A stretch of 64,000 bases of DNA from Eledone cirrhosa (Eukaryota), in contig OZ024747.1 in assembly GCA_964016885.1 (NCBI GenBank), positions 25,606,001-25,670,000 on the forward strand. The letters run 5' to 3'. Made by a program: the position numbers and the translations under genes. Of this stretch, positions 26,101-39,727 are shown in pieces. Under the pieces are notes generated by a model that did not search any database, was not told where the DNA came from, and was given only the letters and a program-made list of their open reading frames with translations. The number at the start of each line of letters is the position of its first letter. Within the stretch, counting starts at the first letter, position 1.

Positions 26101-27834
26101 TACTGTAGATTTTCACAGTGATCTGTCTACTAGTAAAGATACTATAAACATTTGAATTAACAAATCACATGAAACCACATTAGTAAAGCATTCTTGAAAA
26201 GTATTAAACAATACTACAACTGCATCACATTAAATATCGATGTCATTAGTTTATACCAAATTTTCACAACAATCTGTTTACTAATAAAGACAGTCTAAAC
26301 ATCTGAATTAACAAACTACATGAAACAACATTAACAAAATCTTCTTGAAAGTACAAAACAGCACTATAATTGGATCACATGAAATATTGAAGTCGTTACT
26401 TAAATACTGCAAATTTACACACATTTACTAATAAAGATACTATAAATATTTGAATTAACAAACCTGCTTTAAGATATTTTCTGTTAAATCATTACAAGAT
26501 ATTACGAGTTTAACTTTGTTTCCCAGTTTCCTTAATGACATAAATCACTGTATCAAAGATATGAAAATCCATATTATATTCCAGTAGAAGATAAGGTTTC
26601 AATTTAATTCAATCTTCACCATCCTTACTGATTGGCAGAATTATTAGGGTACCAGGCAAAATATCTCACAGTATTTAGTTATGGCTGTTTATTTTCTGGG
26701 TGCAAATCCAGTGGGGGTCAAGTTTACATTTCATAGTTCAGGGCTTGTAAAATTACTGACCTTGTGCTTAAATTAGAAACCATCATTATTATGGCTGAGC
26801 AGATAAAGTAGTAAAGTACTGGATCCAAAGATTATGAATTCATATTCTGATGCCTGCTATGAGGTATCATATATACAAACAGGATAACTCATCTAACCCA
26901 TGCCAGCATGGAAAAGTGGACGTTAAAAAGTGATGATGATGATTATATATATATATATATATTAGTCAGTAGGCAATGACATACTCCAGAAAGGAAGAAT
27001 GACCAATATACTACACCAAAGTAGAAGAAATAGAGCTTGTGTTACTGTTTGTAAAAAAAATGTTAAGTGAATGCTCTAAACAGTAGTAGTAGTAGTAACA
27101 GCAATGGTGGTGGTGGTAGCATTAATATTTTTTGAATGAAAGACAATTGGCCAATAGAAGGAAGTTGTAGGACATGTTAAGGGTGTTGCTAATTGTGATG
27201 GTGGTGGTGATGATGTCGATGACTATGATGAGAAGAAATGAAGAAGAAAGACCTGTTTTATTAAGGCACTGGGGGTGACTAAAAACCCAGAGCACAGGAA
27301 GAATGAAACACTGTTGCATTTATGAGAGAAGAAAAAGAAAAGAAAAAAAAACACCATAGAAAGAAAGACCCAATTTTCCTGTTTCGGTAAATACTATCAC
27401 GATTTAAATACATACAAAATAATAATAATAATTACAAACTGGGACACTGATGCTTGTAACGTGGAGGAGAGCAAGCTAGTCAAATACCGGCATTGACCGA
27501 CCACTTCCTTGACATGCCCGTCCCTGTCAGAATCTCTGGTGTCTTCAGTCCCCAAACTGATGTTTTCTGCAAAATCAGGAGCGAATTCCACCAGGCAAAG
27601 AAAAAGCATAACGAGTCAGAGTGGCTGATGCAGTGGGTGTCACTGGCTATTCTCTACAGCATTGCTTCTGTCAGTTTGTCTGCAGAGGCAGATGAGATAT
27701 AATGTCTAACCTGGGGTGTAAAGTCTACCGCTTCCTGCCCTCTTTCTCTTACCTCTGCTGTTTAATTTTACCTACTTCTTTTGTCTTTTTTTTTTAAATA
27801 TGCAAGCATTGATCAATTGTAAATATAATCTTTC

Positions 27835-28390
27835 CATAACTGTTTCTAACGTTGGCAGAAGGCCAGCAATTTCGGGGGGACGGGGGGGGGGGGGGGGGAT
27901 AGGAAAGTTAATTATATTGATCCCAGTTCTTAACTGGTATTTTATTTTATTGATTTCAGAAGAATGAAAAACAAAGTTGATTTCAGAAGAATGAAAAACA
28001 AAGTTGATTTCAGCAAGACTTGAACTCAGAACACAGAAAGTTGTAACTAAACACTGTAAAGCATTTTATCTGACACTCTACCAATACTGTTAATCTACCA
28101 ATAATAATTGTTTCTATATTTGGCAAAAGGCCAACAATTTGAAGAGATGGGGAAAGTCGAATATACCAATCCCAGTACTTTACTGGTGCTTTAGTTTCTT
28201 GACCCAACAAAGATGAAAGGCAAAGTTATAATAACAATAATTTCTGATTTAGACACAAAGCCACAAATTTTGGGAGGGGGAAGTTGATTAAATCGACCCC
28301 AGTGTTTTACTGGTACTTTAGTTTATTGACCCTGTAAGGATAAAAGGAAGAGTTAACTTCAGCAAGATTTGAACTCAGAACATAAAGTCC
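27835..28390 (-). mobile_element. Three tandem family 1 SINE copies
   Basis: The TTTCTA..TTGGC..AAGGCC(A)GCAATTT...GACCCCAGT...TGGTA module occurs three times; two copies retain TTTGAACTCAGAAC. Confidence 0.65.
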
Positions 28391-29227
28391 TTCCAGATGG
28401 GATTGCGAGGTCTCACATACATACATTTCAGTTTTGGTATGGTCTCTATACCTAGATGCTTTTCTTAATATCTATCATTATAGAGTGTACTAGGTGCATT
28501 TTAACATAGCACCAGTAATAGGGACAGTGTTGTGACGTTGACTCAACTGAATAATCTCTCAAGTCTGTTTAACATGGTTTCTATAGTCAGATACCCTTCT
28601 TAACACCAACCACTTTACAGGGCACACTGGGTGTATTTTATCATGGCATCAGCTATAGGGAGGTTGTTGTGTTCTAAACACAATTGAAGAACCTTCTCAA
28701 CCCTTTGTTTGGTTAAAATTCTATAGCTGGATGCTCTTCCTAACACCAACCCCTTTACAGACTGTATTGGTATGTATATAGTGGAAAAATTAAAAGGTTA
28801 GAAAATTATAGAATTCTATACAAATCATGATATATATATAAGGAAAATAAGAGTTAAACATGCAGGTAATTTTTTTTTTTTTAATATATACACGCAAATT
28901 TGCAGTACACAATGAAAAGAAATTCGTTCATACAAAATAAATTATAAACCCTTTCTAAACATGTAAAAAAATACACAATTCCAGCACAAATGAAGTTTTG
29001 AAATGCTACCTACTGGTAAAACCAATTAGTACAAAGACTAATAAGATAACCATGATTATTTCTACAAACCCCACTTAAAGAAAAACTATCATATTTTGTA
29101 TGAACTAATTTCCTTTCATTGTGAACTCTAAATTTATATTTATATATAAAGAAAAAGCATTAGGCACATCTTCAACTCTATTATATTATATTATATATTT
29201 ATATATATATACATATATATAAGAAAG

Positions 29228-29263
<36 letters not shown>

Positions 29264-29889
29264 GACATAAGAAAGGATTGTCACAGCCGGAGTACTTTTG
29301 AATACAAGCTTGCTTGATAAGAGCTGACTTGGAGCTAAACAATAAAAGAACATCACCACAAATACCACCATGACTACCACCAACGACACCACTACCATGC
29401 TCTAATCCTGCTTTTAGGACAGATTCTGTAAATATTTATGTCAAGACTGCAGGGTCACAGAAACATTTACACAACACCACAGTGTATATATCAGTAATTA
29501 TATATGTATGTGTGTGTGTATATGTATATATGTGTGTGTATATATATATATGTGTGCATGTGCATATATATATGAGTGTATGTGTGTGTAAAATAGATAT
29601 TGCCTAATTTTCTTGAAAGAATGGTTGGGGAGAGAGATGGGAATATATATATATTGATGGTGAGTGTGTAAGTAGATAGACAGCTAGATATAGAGTAAGG
29701 AGATAGATAAAAAGATAGAACGAGTCAAAAAGTAAGGAACTACTCCCACACTATCACACCTTACCCCCACCACAACCACAACACACCAGGCCACATATTT
29801 AACAAGTACCATTTGTTCAGAGAAAAGATATGGTATGGTAAATGTGTGACATTATAAAACAAATGTGCTCACACACACAACTATATATA

Positions 29890-30224
29890 TCATCATTTCA
29901 TTTTACGTCCACTTTTCCCTGCTTGCAAGGGTGGGACGGGAACTGATTCTGGCTTGATTTCTACAGCTGGATGCCCTTCCTAACACCAACCTCATTTACA
30001 GTGAGTGCTGGGTGCTTTTTTGCCGTGGCACCTCCACGACCACTTTGCAGTGGAATGATAGGGACCCCAGTCCCTATCATCTCATTTCTACAGCTGAGTA
30101 AACTGGAGCAATGTGAAATAAAGTGTCTTGCTCAAGGAAACAACACATCACCCGGTCTGAGAATTGAACGCACAACCTTTCGATTGCAAGGCCAATGCTC
30201 TAACCACTAAGCCATGTGCCTCCT
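29890..30224 (-). mobile_element. Young composite SINE (tRNA head plus RTE tail)
   Basis: Near-identical reverse complement of 45230-45570. Confidence 0.85.
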
Positions 30225-30835
30225 ATATACATATATATATATATATATACATATATATATGATTAGAGCAAACATCACGAGCGCTCTATCTCAAAATTAT
30301 TTTTGAAAAGCATTAGAAATGCGCAACCGGTAAAAACTTAAAACTAAGACTGAATACTAACCAATACTTATTACTAATTTATACTTATTACTAATTTATA
30401 CTTATTCCTAATTAACTATTTTTCACTGGGAAAAATTTGTCAGCATTTTCTTTTCCTTTTTACTAATACATATATATATATACATACATATGTGTGTGTG
30501 TATATGTGTGTGTGTATATATATATTTATATATATGTACGTACATTCAAGAGATACAGGCAGCGGCGGGGAAGGGCGATACCTAGTAGGTGTCGCTGTCC
30601 ACTCTTTTCTGCTTCTATTTGAAGTATTATTTGCAGTCATGTGCTGCGTTTGGGATGCTCACATTTTCATGAAAGATGAAACATCTTGTCTAAGAACACA
30701 ATGTGCTACCCAGTCCATATGTCCAACTCCATCACTTTGAATATTTCCACAATGTTGCTATATGGTAAAGATGTTTAGTGATTTATTTAGTGATTGCAGA
30801 GATTATTATACAAATTTGCATTTGTGATCCTTTAA

Positions 30836-31052
30836 CTCTTTAGCATTTACATTACTCTATATTTACTATTGTATTTTCATGGTGAAGGCTTTACCTCACT
30901 TAATTATCTCACATAATAACGAATCTATGAGTTTTTGATATTTATTTTGAGAACAATACCTTAACATCAGTATGAGTGACCAGTAACAGCTGGTTTGAAC
31001 AGAAAAAGTGAGAGAATTCTGGCCTGATTTGGCTGGTTTAAATGCTAATAGG
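30836..31052. mobile_element. TTAA-flanked MITE (piggyBac-like)
   Basis: TTAA|CTCTTTAGCATTTA ... TAAATGCTAATAGG|TTAA. Confidence 0.55.
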
Positions 31053-31767
31053 TTAAGGTTCAGTAATGTGCCTCTCTAAAGCCTGTGCTTTATGTGGCTA
31101 CCTAGTTGGCTCTAATGGTAGTGCCATCCATGCCTCAGACTAAACTTTATATTGTGAATGGATATATTTCCCGGTTGCAGAGATCATCATCATCACCGTT
31201 TAATGTACATTTTTCCATGCTAGCATGGGTTAGATGGGTTGTCCCGTTTGGGGCAAGTTGGGTCAGGTGACCCGGTCTTGCTCACAGTTTCTGGCTTGAT
31301 TTCAACAGCTGGATGCCCTTACTAATGCCAACTACATTTACAGTGTCGGCTTGGTCCTTTTTGCCATGACACCTACACGATCACTTTACAGCGTGGGCTG
31401 GGTGCTTTTTGTCATGACACCTACTACTTTACAGTGTGAAATCATCTTCCAACAGTGGTATTGTGCTGCCCTCTGAACAAGGGGACTTAAATACACTTCT
31501 GCCACAACCCTGCCAAGAGCTTATCATGTATGCAGTAGTGGCTATAGTGGAATCTATATTATATATGATATAATAACTGTACAGCCTGTTTACCTGTCTG
31601 TCACACAAATTATATGCTTTGTCAAAAACGTTCTGAAATGTTTATTTATAATTCATAAAACACAAATCTAAGACAAGAAAGGAAAGTGGTGGTGGTGGCA
31701 TATGTTCTAAAATGCTCTCATTAATTTGTGTTGTGTCAACAACACTGTCTGTCTGTCTGTCTCCCCT

Positions 31768-31858
<91 letters not shown>

Positions 31859-32105
31859 ACGTAGGATTTGAACTTAGAGCACGGTGAGTTGGAACAAATA
31901 CTGTGGCATTTAATCAATGTTCTATTAACTGTCTATTTGTTTGCTTTTAGAAAAAATGAGCAAAAAATGTTGAGCTCAGCAGGATTTGAATTCAGATTGT
32001 TGGGAGCTGGAGCAAGTACTGAGGCATTTAATTCACAGCTCTTTTAGAGCACTGTTTATCACCTCTGAAATGATGAAAGGCAAAGTTGGTTCTGCTAATT
32101 TACTG

Positions 32106-32136
<31 letters not shown>

Positions 32137-33697
32137 AAGGGGAATAAGGAAAGAAGCCAACCATTAAATTGGACCAAATAAACTGTTTCCATTGGTCTTT
32201 AATAATTGATACTATCTGTTGGTGGCAGAAAGGAGAAAGGATTTGAACTCAGAATCTAGAGAACAGGATAGGATAACGTAAAATATCTGCCTGATTCTTT
32301 AACAATTCCACCAATCTACAGTCCTTGAATTGGCACTGTTTATCACCTCTGAAATGATGAAAGGCAAAGTTGGTCTCAGCGGGAATTGAACTCAGAGCGC
32401 AGAGAGCCAAAACAAATATCACGGCATTTAATCTGAAGCCCTAGTGATTCAACTGTAACATAAATAAAAGAAGAAAGCTGTGGGCTGATCTAGTTAAGAC
32501 ACTTGAGAGATCTAGGTTTGACAGTTTGATGTTTGGTTGGTAGGTCGGTAGGTTGGTTGGGTTGCAGTAGAGAGAGAGAGATGTCAAAAATTATCTAAGC
32601 TTATTTGACATGTCCTTCCAGTCCCCACCACTACAGCCAGAGTAACTAAGACTGATTCTAAAAGACTATTTTTTTTTTTTACTCCAACTGTTTTAAATGT
32701 TAAGCCTGATGGTTGTTAACATTTAAACCAGCTGTCTCTTTTCACCATCCACCACTGCCCTTCATTCTTAATATATATATATATATATATATATATAACA
32801 AAAGAAGATATTTAATTTTATCTTTAGCAACTTTCACTAATACATATTACACATTCAGATTTTATTAATATCAGGTTTAACTCTTTTTGTACCAAACTGT
32901 CCCTAGTTCTATGATATAAAACCGTTTAGTTCAAAGTGTTTTTAATAATCTAAAAACCTCCCAACATAGTTTAATAGAAGAACATGTTAAGTTATGTTCC
33001 AAATACCAGCTTAATAATGAGGAAGTTAGTTATGTTACTAAATCATTCTAAATTCTTGATCATAGGTAATGTCTTTTATTGGAAATATGGTAAAAACAAG
33101 TTTGCATCATAATTATACCTAAGAAACCTTGCTATGGTTCAAATATGAAATAGATAACAAGAAAGTTATTTATATTACTAAATCATAAAAAATATGTTAA
33201 CAAAAGGGTTAAACTTTTTGATAGCTACCCAGCTTTAGTTCTATGAAACAAAACCACCCATTTTATAGAGTTCCTTTTTAAATTAAATTCTTCCAACATA
33301 TAAGAGCCATAGATTAGGTTACTATAGTAGTAATGAAATGAATAATAATTTTAGTAAATCTCTCAAAACTCTTCATTAATTAATTGAAATAGTGTGTAAT
33401 TCATTAGAAATACTGTCACGAAAGGGGTAAACCAGCTGTTGCTTTTCACCACACCACACCACACCAGTCCTGCCTTTTGCTATAATAATATTATTAATAA
33501 TAATAAAACAAGAAAAGATATTTCATTTAATCTTTGATAATTACAAAGCAGTTTTTAGTAGTTTCCACTAATACATGTTACAGATTCAGCTTTTAAAATA
33601 TAATATAAAAAAGTTGTTAATTAAAAAAAAAAGAAGGAAGAATATTTCACTTTCTTTTTAATTTTTTGTTGTTTTTGTTTATCAGTAGTGAAATTAA

Positions 33698-33911
33698 CCC
33701 TTTCATTACTATCTTTATAATGAATGCACTGTATTTCAATTAATTAATGAAGACTTTGCAGGGATTTACTAAAATCAATCATTTCATTATTAAAATAGTA
33801 GTTATATATATCAAATTATCTTGAGAGATTTTAATTCAAATAGGAACCCATTAAAACAGGTTTAGTTTCTTAGAACCAGAGGCAGTTTTATCTGGGTTGT
33901 TTTGAAAAGGG
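33698..33911. mobile_element. TTAA-flanked MITE (piggyBac-like)
   Basis: TTAA|CCCTTTCA ... TGAAAAGGG|TTAA. Related copies in the opposite orientation are at ~33210-33430 and ~24690-24905. Confidence 0.6.
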
Positions 33912-34839
33912 TTAAAAAGTAGTTTTTTTAAGATGGAAAGGAGGAATATGTCTTGCTTTTTTTTTTTTTTTTCTTCAATATTTTGTTATTTTCATTTATC
34001 AAGTAGTGAAGTGAAATTAGAATTAAGTTCATTTTTATATAGCCTGAAGCCCCTCTCTGTGTTATTCTTAAGAATATTCCCATGACATTCAAGGAAGGAA
34101 TATATATTTATATATTTTTTCTTTATAATTTTTGCTTTAAAATTTCAAAAAAATGGTTGACAAGTTATTTTAACTATTACTGATTTCAATCATTAGACTG
34201 TGGCCATGCTGGGGCACACTGCCTTGAAGGGACTGTCTCTCATATCGGCCCTATTACTTATTCCCACCCCCGATCTGGTACTTATTTTATCAAATTCTTT
34301 GACAAAATGCTAAGTTATGGTTATGGGGCATAAACAGACATTAAATGTAAATACAGACACAGAAAAAATACATACACATGGGCTGAAAGAGGAAAAAGGG
34401 CATATACACAGTGTCTACCAAATTTCACTCACAAGGCAATTGGTTGACCTGAAGCTATAGAAGATAATCGTCCGAGGTGCCATACAAGGGAACTGAACAC
34501 ATGGTGGTGAAGCAAACAAATTCTTTAACTGCACAGCCATATCTAAGCTTACAGCAGCCAAATTTTTCATTGAGAAATTCATTGAGAAATACAAACTGTA
34601 TTGTGCTGCTCTTTTAATGATTGCACCTAAAGTGCAAGATATTGTTGTTTGAAAGAGTTGTGATGTATCAGTGATGGTCTTAGTATGTAAATATTGGTTT
34701 TAGTAAGTAAGTAAAGAATGGTTTAGTAGAGTATATGAGGGTGAAAGACCTGGTAGGATGAAAGAAAAAAACAACAACAAAAAAAAACAACAGAATGGTA
34801 TATTAATTTCATCACAAGCTATAATTAGTGGAAGATATG

Positions 34840-34884
<45 letters not shown>

Positions 34885-35180
34885 GTGGCTGTTTGAATGC
34901 TGTCTGTGAAAGAGTGTATGTGCAGATGTATAGAAACATATGTATAAGTGTATTATATACATAAGAACTCCACCCACATCACTAGAGCATGCTTGATAAT
35001 GTGTGTGAGTGAGTCTGTGTCTATATACAAATGCTAACATAAATATACACTTACATTTAATCACGAAAATCTATGAACATCTGTATACATACACATACAC
35101 ACACAATCTATGAACATCTGTATACATACACATACACACACGTTTATAAATTTTGAAACATAACTACTCACACGTTTTCT

Positions 35181-35251
<71 letters not shown>

Positions 35252-35637
35252 ATGTGTATGTGTGTGTGTATATATATATATATAATGTGTATGTGTGTGT
35301 ATATATATATATATATATAATGTGTATGTGTGTGTGTATATATATATATATAATGTGTATGTGTGTGTGACTGTGTGTATGTTTATATATATATGTGTAT
35401 TTATGAATTGCATATGTGAACAAACTTTAGGATTATTTCAAGAAGGAATTTTAAGCAGGAGTGAGTAGGGACACAACAACAACAACAAACAGAGTTTTTG
35501 TTTGTTTATTTGCTTGTTTGAAGCAGGAAGTTGTTGTTGATTGTAAGGTAGAGTGCGAGGAAGAGGTTATCAGAGTAAAACAGAGGCCCTTATTGTGATA
35601 GGGGTGGGCTTAGAAACCTTGATGTTATTAAAGACTG

Positions 35638-36038
35638 CTAACCAGCCAGCCAAATAGCCCTCCAGCCCACTAGCCAGCCAACCAGTCCACCAACCAACCC
35701 ACCAGCCAGCCAACCAACCCACCAACCCACCAGCCAGCCAACCAACCCACCAACCCACCAACCCACCCACCAACCAACCCACCAGCCAGCCCACCAACCC
35801 ACCAACCAACCCACCAGCCAGCCCACCAACCAACCAACCCACCAGCCAGCCCACCAACCAACCAACCCACCAGCCAGCCCACCAACCCACCAACCAGCCC
35901 ACCAACCCACCAACCAACCCACCAGCCAGCCCACCAACCAACCAACTCACCAGCCAGCCCACCAACCCACCAACCAACCAACCCACCAGCCAGCCCACCA
36001 ACCCACCATCCAACCAGTTCACCAGCCAGCCAGCCAGC
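35638..36038. repeat. (CCAA/CCAG/CCAC)n tetranucleotide-derived repeat
   Basis: Directly visible in the sequence. Confidence 0.9.
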
Positions 36039-36554
36039 CTTAGGAGCAGTAAACATTATAAAGTATTCTAAGATTCTCACACATGTAAACCAACCAAAGA
36101 TTATTACTGCCAAAGAAAAAAAAAAACCTTTCATTCATGAATATTTAAAAAATAAGTGACAAGTGTTGAATAAAAAGATGAACTCCTTATAAGCTGGGTG
36201 GTGTGTTGTGTTCTTGAGTAAGATGCTTCATTACACATTGCTCTTCATAAAACTGGGAGCCTCTATCATTCAAATACTCAAGCAAGCTCATATGAAATGA
36301 AACTTTGTAGGAGCCCAGCTTTACCTACAGAGGTGCGAGCAGTAAATTGATATTATGGGCTCAGATTATTAAAAAAACCCAAAAAACAAAGTCATTTCAT
36401 TTCATTTTCATATGTGGAGGTTATACTGTGTAGTGGATATTGTGTTGCTTCATGATTGTAAAGTTCTGAGTTCAGCTCCTGAACCAAGAATGGTTTGTAT
36501 CCTTGTTACTCCAGTCCACTCAGCTAGAAAAAATAAGTACCATGCTTTGCTTAT

Positions 36555-37262
36555 ACAGAACTGATTTGGGCTTGGTTTCTACAACTGGATGCCCTTCCTA
36601 ACGCCAACCTCATTTACAGTCAGTACTGGGTGCGTTTTGTCGGGACACCTACACGACCACTTTATAGTGTGGACTGGGTGCTTTTTGTTGTGACACCTAC
36701 ACGACCACTTTATAGTGTGGACTGGGTGCTTTTTGTTGTGACACCTACACGACCACTTTACAGTGTGGACTGGGTGCTTTTTGTTGTGACACCTACACGA
36801 CCACTTTACAGTGTGGACTGGGTGCTTTTTGTTGTGACACCTACACGACCACTTTACAGTGTGGACTGGGTGCTTTTTGTTGTGACACCTACACGACCAC
36901 TTTACAGTGTGGACTGGGTGCTTTTTGTTGTGACACCTACACGACCACTTTATAGTGTGGACTGGGTGCTTTTTGTTGTGACACCTACACGACCACTTTA
37001 TAGTGTGGACTGGGTGCTTTTTGTTGTGACACCTACACGACCACTTTACAGTGTGGACTGGGTGCTTTTTGTTGTGACACCTACACGACTGTGGACTGGG
37101 TGCTTTTTGTTGTGACACCTACACGACCACTTTACAGTGTGGACTGGGTTCTTTTCTTCGTCATACTTACACAACCCCTATACAGTGGAAGGGTGGGATA
37201 GGGCATACTGTATATATGCTTCAGCTTCAGTCTGTGCCCATGGGAAGTCGGGTCTTATGTAT
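36555..37262 (-). mobile_element. RTE-related SINE with an internal 48-bp unit amplified to about 11 copies
   Basis: CTGGGTGCTTTTTGTTGTGACACCTACACGACCACTTTA(C/T)AGTGTGGA in tandem over ~36625-37150. The flanks match the 4779-4985 element in reverse. Confidence 0.8.
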
Positions 37263-37319
37263 AACTGCATATATACACATATATAAATGGTGATGATGAT
37301 TATATATATATATATATAT

Positions 37320-37785
37320 ATATTGTTATACTTGGCGAGGGTCATATTTGTGTAATAATATTGCCAGAATTAATAACATAACACACTCACTGTTTGGTTG
37401 GTTTTCGCTTCTGTGTCTTTTATATCGGTTAGTTTAATTTATTCGGTCCTCGATGTTACCATTGACTGACCAATGGTCAAAAATACAGATATAATATAGA
37501 CACAAACATATATATATAGTCTAATGTTAGACTATATATATGTGTTTGTGTCTATATTATATCTGTATTTTTGACCGTTGGTCAGTCAATGGTAACATTG
37601 AGGACCGAATAAATTAAATTAACCGATATAAAAGACACACAGAAGCGAAAACCAAACAGTGAGTGTTTTGTGTTATTAATTCTGGCAATATTATTACACA
37701 AATATGACCCTTGCCAAGTATAACAATATTTGTTTCGACACACGGTTTCATATCAAAAACCTCGCAAAACTAATTCATCGCCGTT
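37320..37785. mobile_element. Fold-back palindromic element (family D-related) in (TA)n
   Basis: Arms 37320-37524 and 37527-37729 with a 2-nt spacer (CTAA-TG-TTAG). The right arm extends ~55 bp further to a TA tract. Confidence 0.85.
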
Positions 37786-37794
37786 ATATATATA

Positions 37795-38066
37795 CATCCG
37801 GGAGCTTCCAACAGAAATGGTCGCATTCTTTAAGGGTATGTCAATATTTATTTATTAAACTGCTCTATATTATATTTTATCTGATGAAAGCACACCATAA
37901 TTTAACTTGGTGTCCTTGAAATATGTATAATGAAATAAATATGGTTTTATAAATATAGTTTCCATTTGTTAATATATCGTATTTTTACTCCAATAATTTG
38001 TTGAGTGCTTTATATCAGTTACAAAAATATTTGCTTGTTGTATCCCAACAATTTAAATAGAACTTT

Positions 38067-38067
<1 letters not shown>
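37795..38067 (+). mobile_element. TA-flanked hammerhead element (family A; homologous to 1-140)
   Basis: 37838-37980 aligns with 1-140; (TA)n lies on both sides. Confidence 0.75.
37873..37937 (+). ncRNA. Minimal type-I hammerhead ribozyme (family A)
   Basis: TATTTTAT-CTGATGA-AAGCACACCA-TAATTTAACT-TGGTGTCCTT-GAAA-TATGTA-TA-ATGAAATA. Stem changes relative to the 36-100 copy preserve pairing. Confidence 0.85.
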
Positions 38068-38111
<44 letters not shown>

Positions 38112-39375
38112 GTATATTCATATATATACATATAGGTATGGTTGTGTATTTAAGTTTTATTCACTCCCACAGTGTGACACCTTAGGCAAGTTTCTTCTAT
38201 TCTGAAAAATATGCTACTTATTTATTTTTGTACATTGTTAATGAAGTGTTGAGGATTCCATGAAGCAGTAGGGGGGGGGGGATAGTTTAGAACGTTTGGG
38301 GATCCCAGCTTTTAACATTAATGATGATTTCTAACAAGATAATTGACTGAATTGGTCCAGTATGTCACTGGTACTCATTTTGAAACCAACACTTGAAACA
38401 GCTGCCTACTTCTATGATGCAAAACAATGTTTTAGAGTGTTTACATAAAATTATTATAAAATGTTTTTAGATATAAAGGACCTTCGTTAAGCTATACTCC
38501 CAACAGCTTAATAATTGTTTCTACTTTACGCACAAGGCCAGCAATTTCAAGGGGAGGGGGAAGTCGAATAAATCGGCCCCAGGGCATTACTGGTACTTTA
38601 TTTTATTGACCCTGTACGGATGAAACGCAAAGCTAATCTCAGTGGGATTTGAACTCAGGACGTAAAGGGCCTGAGAAAGTTAGTTATTATTACTAAACCC
38701 TCCAACTTCTGGATTATTTTCAAATAATCAGAAAATCATAGGCAAGCCAAAACACATTTTTACCCATTTATAGAAATATGGTAATGTAAGAGTTAATCAA
38801 CCCTGGAGATATAAACTGGCAAAGTCTGATAGTATTTGAACTCAGAATGAAGAGAAACAAAACTGAATACTGTAATACATTTAGACTGGTGCTCTACTGA
38901 CTGCTATTCCAAACACTTACAATTGAAAAAAATAATAATAATAATATATGCCAATGCACACACACACATCAACATCGTAAACCATACATCGTGCTGCTTT
39001 AAAGTATTAATACATCCTTAGTTACCTCCCTTACATTGTTTTCAGGATTATGAAAACTATTGTCCGACTGCTTTCCAAAATAGGGACATACACGGTTCAC
39101 AGAAGTTAAAATATATCACAGATCATCTATCTAGCTATCTATCAGGTACAGGCATGGCTGTGTGGTTAAGGTGTTCACTCAGTATCCAGGTGATTGTGGG
39201 TTCACTTCCACTATATGGCACTTTGGGCAAGTGTCTTCTTATAGTCTCGGGTTGATCCCTGCCTTGTGAGTAAAATTTAGAAGACAGAAACTACAGAAGT
39301 CCATCGCGTGTCATATCAAATATTAATGATAATTTGATAAATGAAAAATATATTTCAGAACCATTATTATTATTA

Positions 39376-39727
39376 GAATGGCCCGTGTGAGTGGGCCTAC
39401 TCTGACCATGCGCCTATAGGCTGGCTAATTTGAGCAGGAGAGGAATGCTCTCCCTGGGTACCCTAGAAGCACAGGGTGGTTCAGGATTGGTGGGGTACCT
39501 GAGTCACCCCTGGGTCATCCACGCCCCTATTGGGGAATTTATTTTGTTATATTTATGTATAGTTTATTTTATATTTTTTATATTTTCATTGTTAAATTAG
39601 TCTTGCCATTGTGCACTTTTACTCGACCTTATTGTAAACCCCCACTGTCCCTGTCTTTGTATTGTCCCCTACATGTCAGCCAATAAATGAAATATGGCCA
39701 ATAAATGAAATCATTATTATTATTATT
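39376..39727 (+). mobile_element. Probable 3' end of a non-LTR retroelement inserted in (TTA)n
   Basis: GC-rich segment ending MARVSGPTLTMRL*, a U-rich UTR, duplicated AATAAA and an (ATT)n tail; (TTA)n also lies upstream. Confidence 0.4.

Noticed and set aside
30440-30760. Possible exon MTANNTSNRSRKEWTATPTR
   Set aside because: Weak splice signals, no homology, and the ORF runs into a microsatellite.
36579-37118. 16-aa repeat ORFs on both strands
   Set aside because: They result from a stop-free 48-bp tandem unit inside a SINE.
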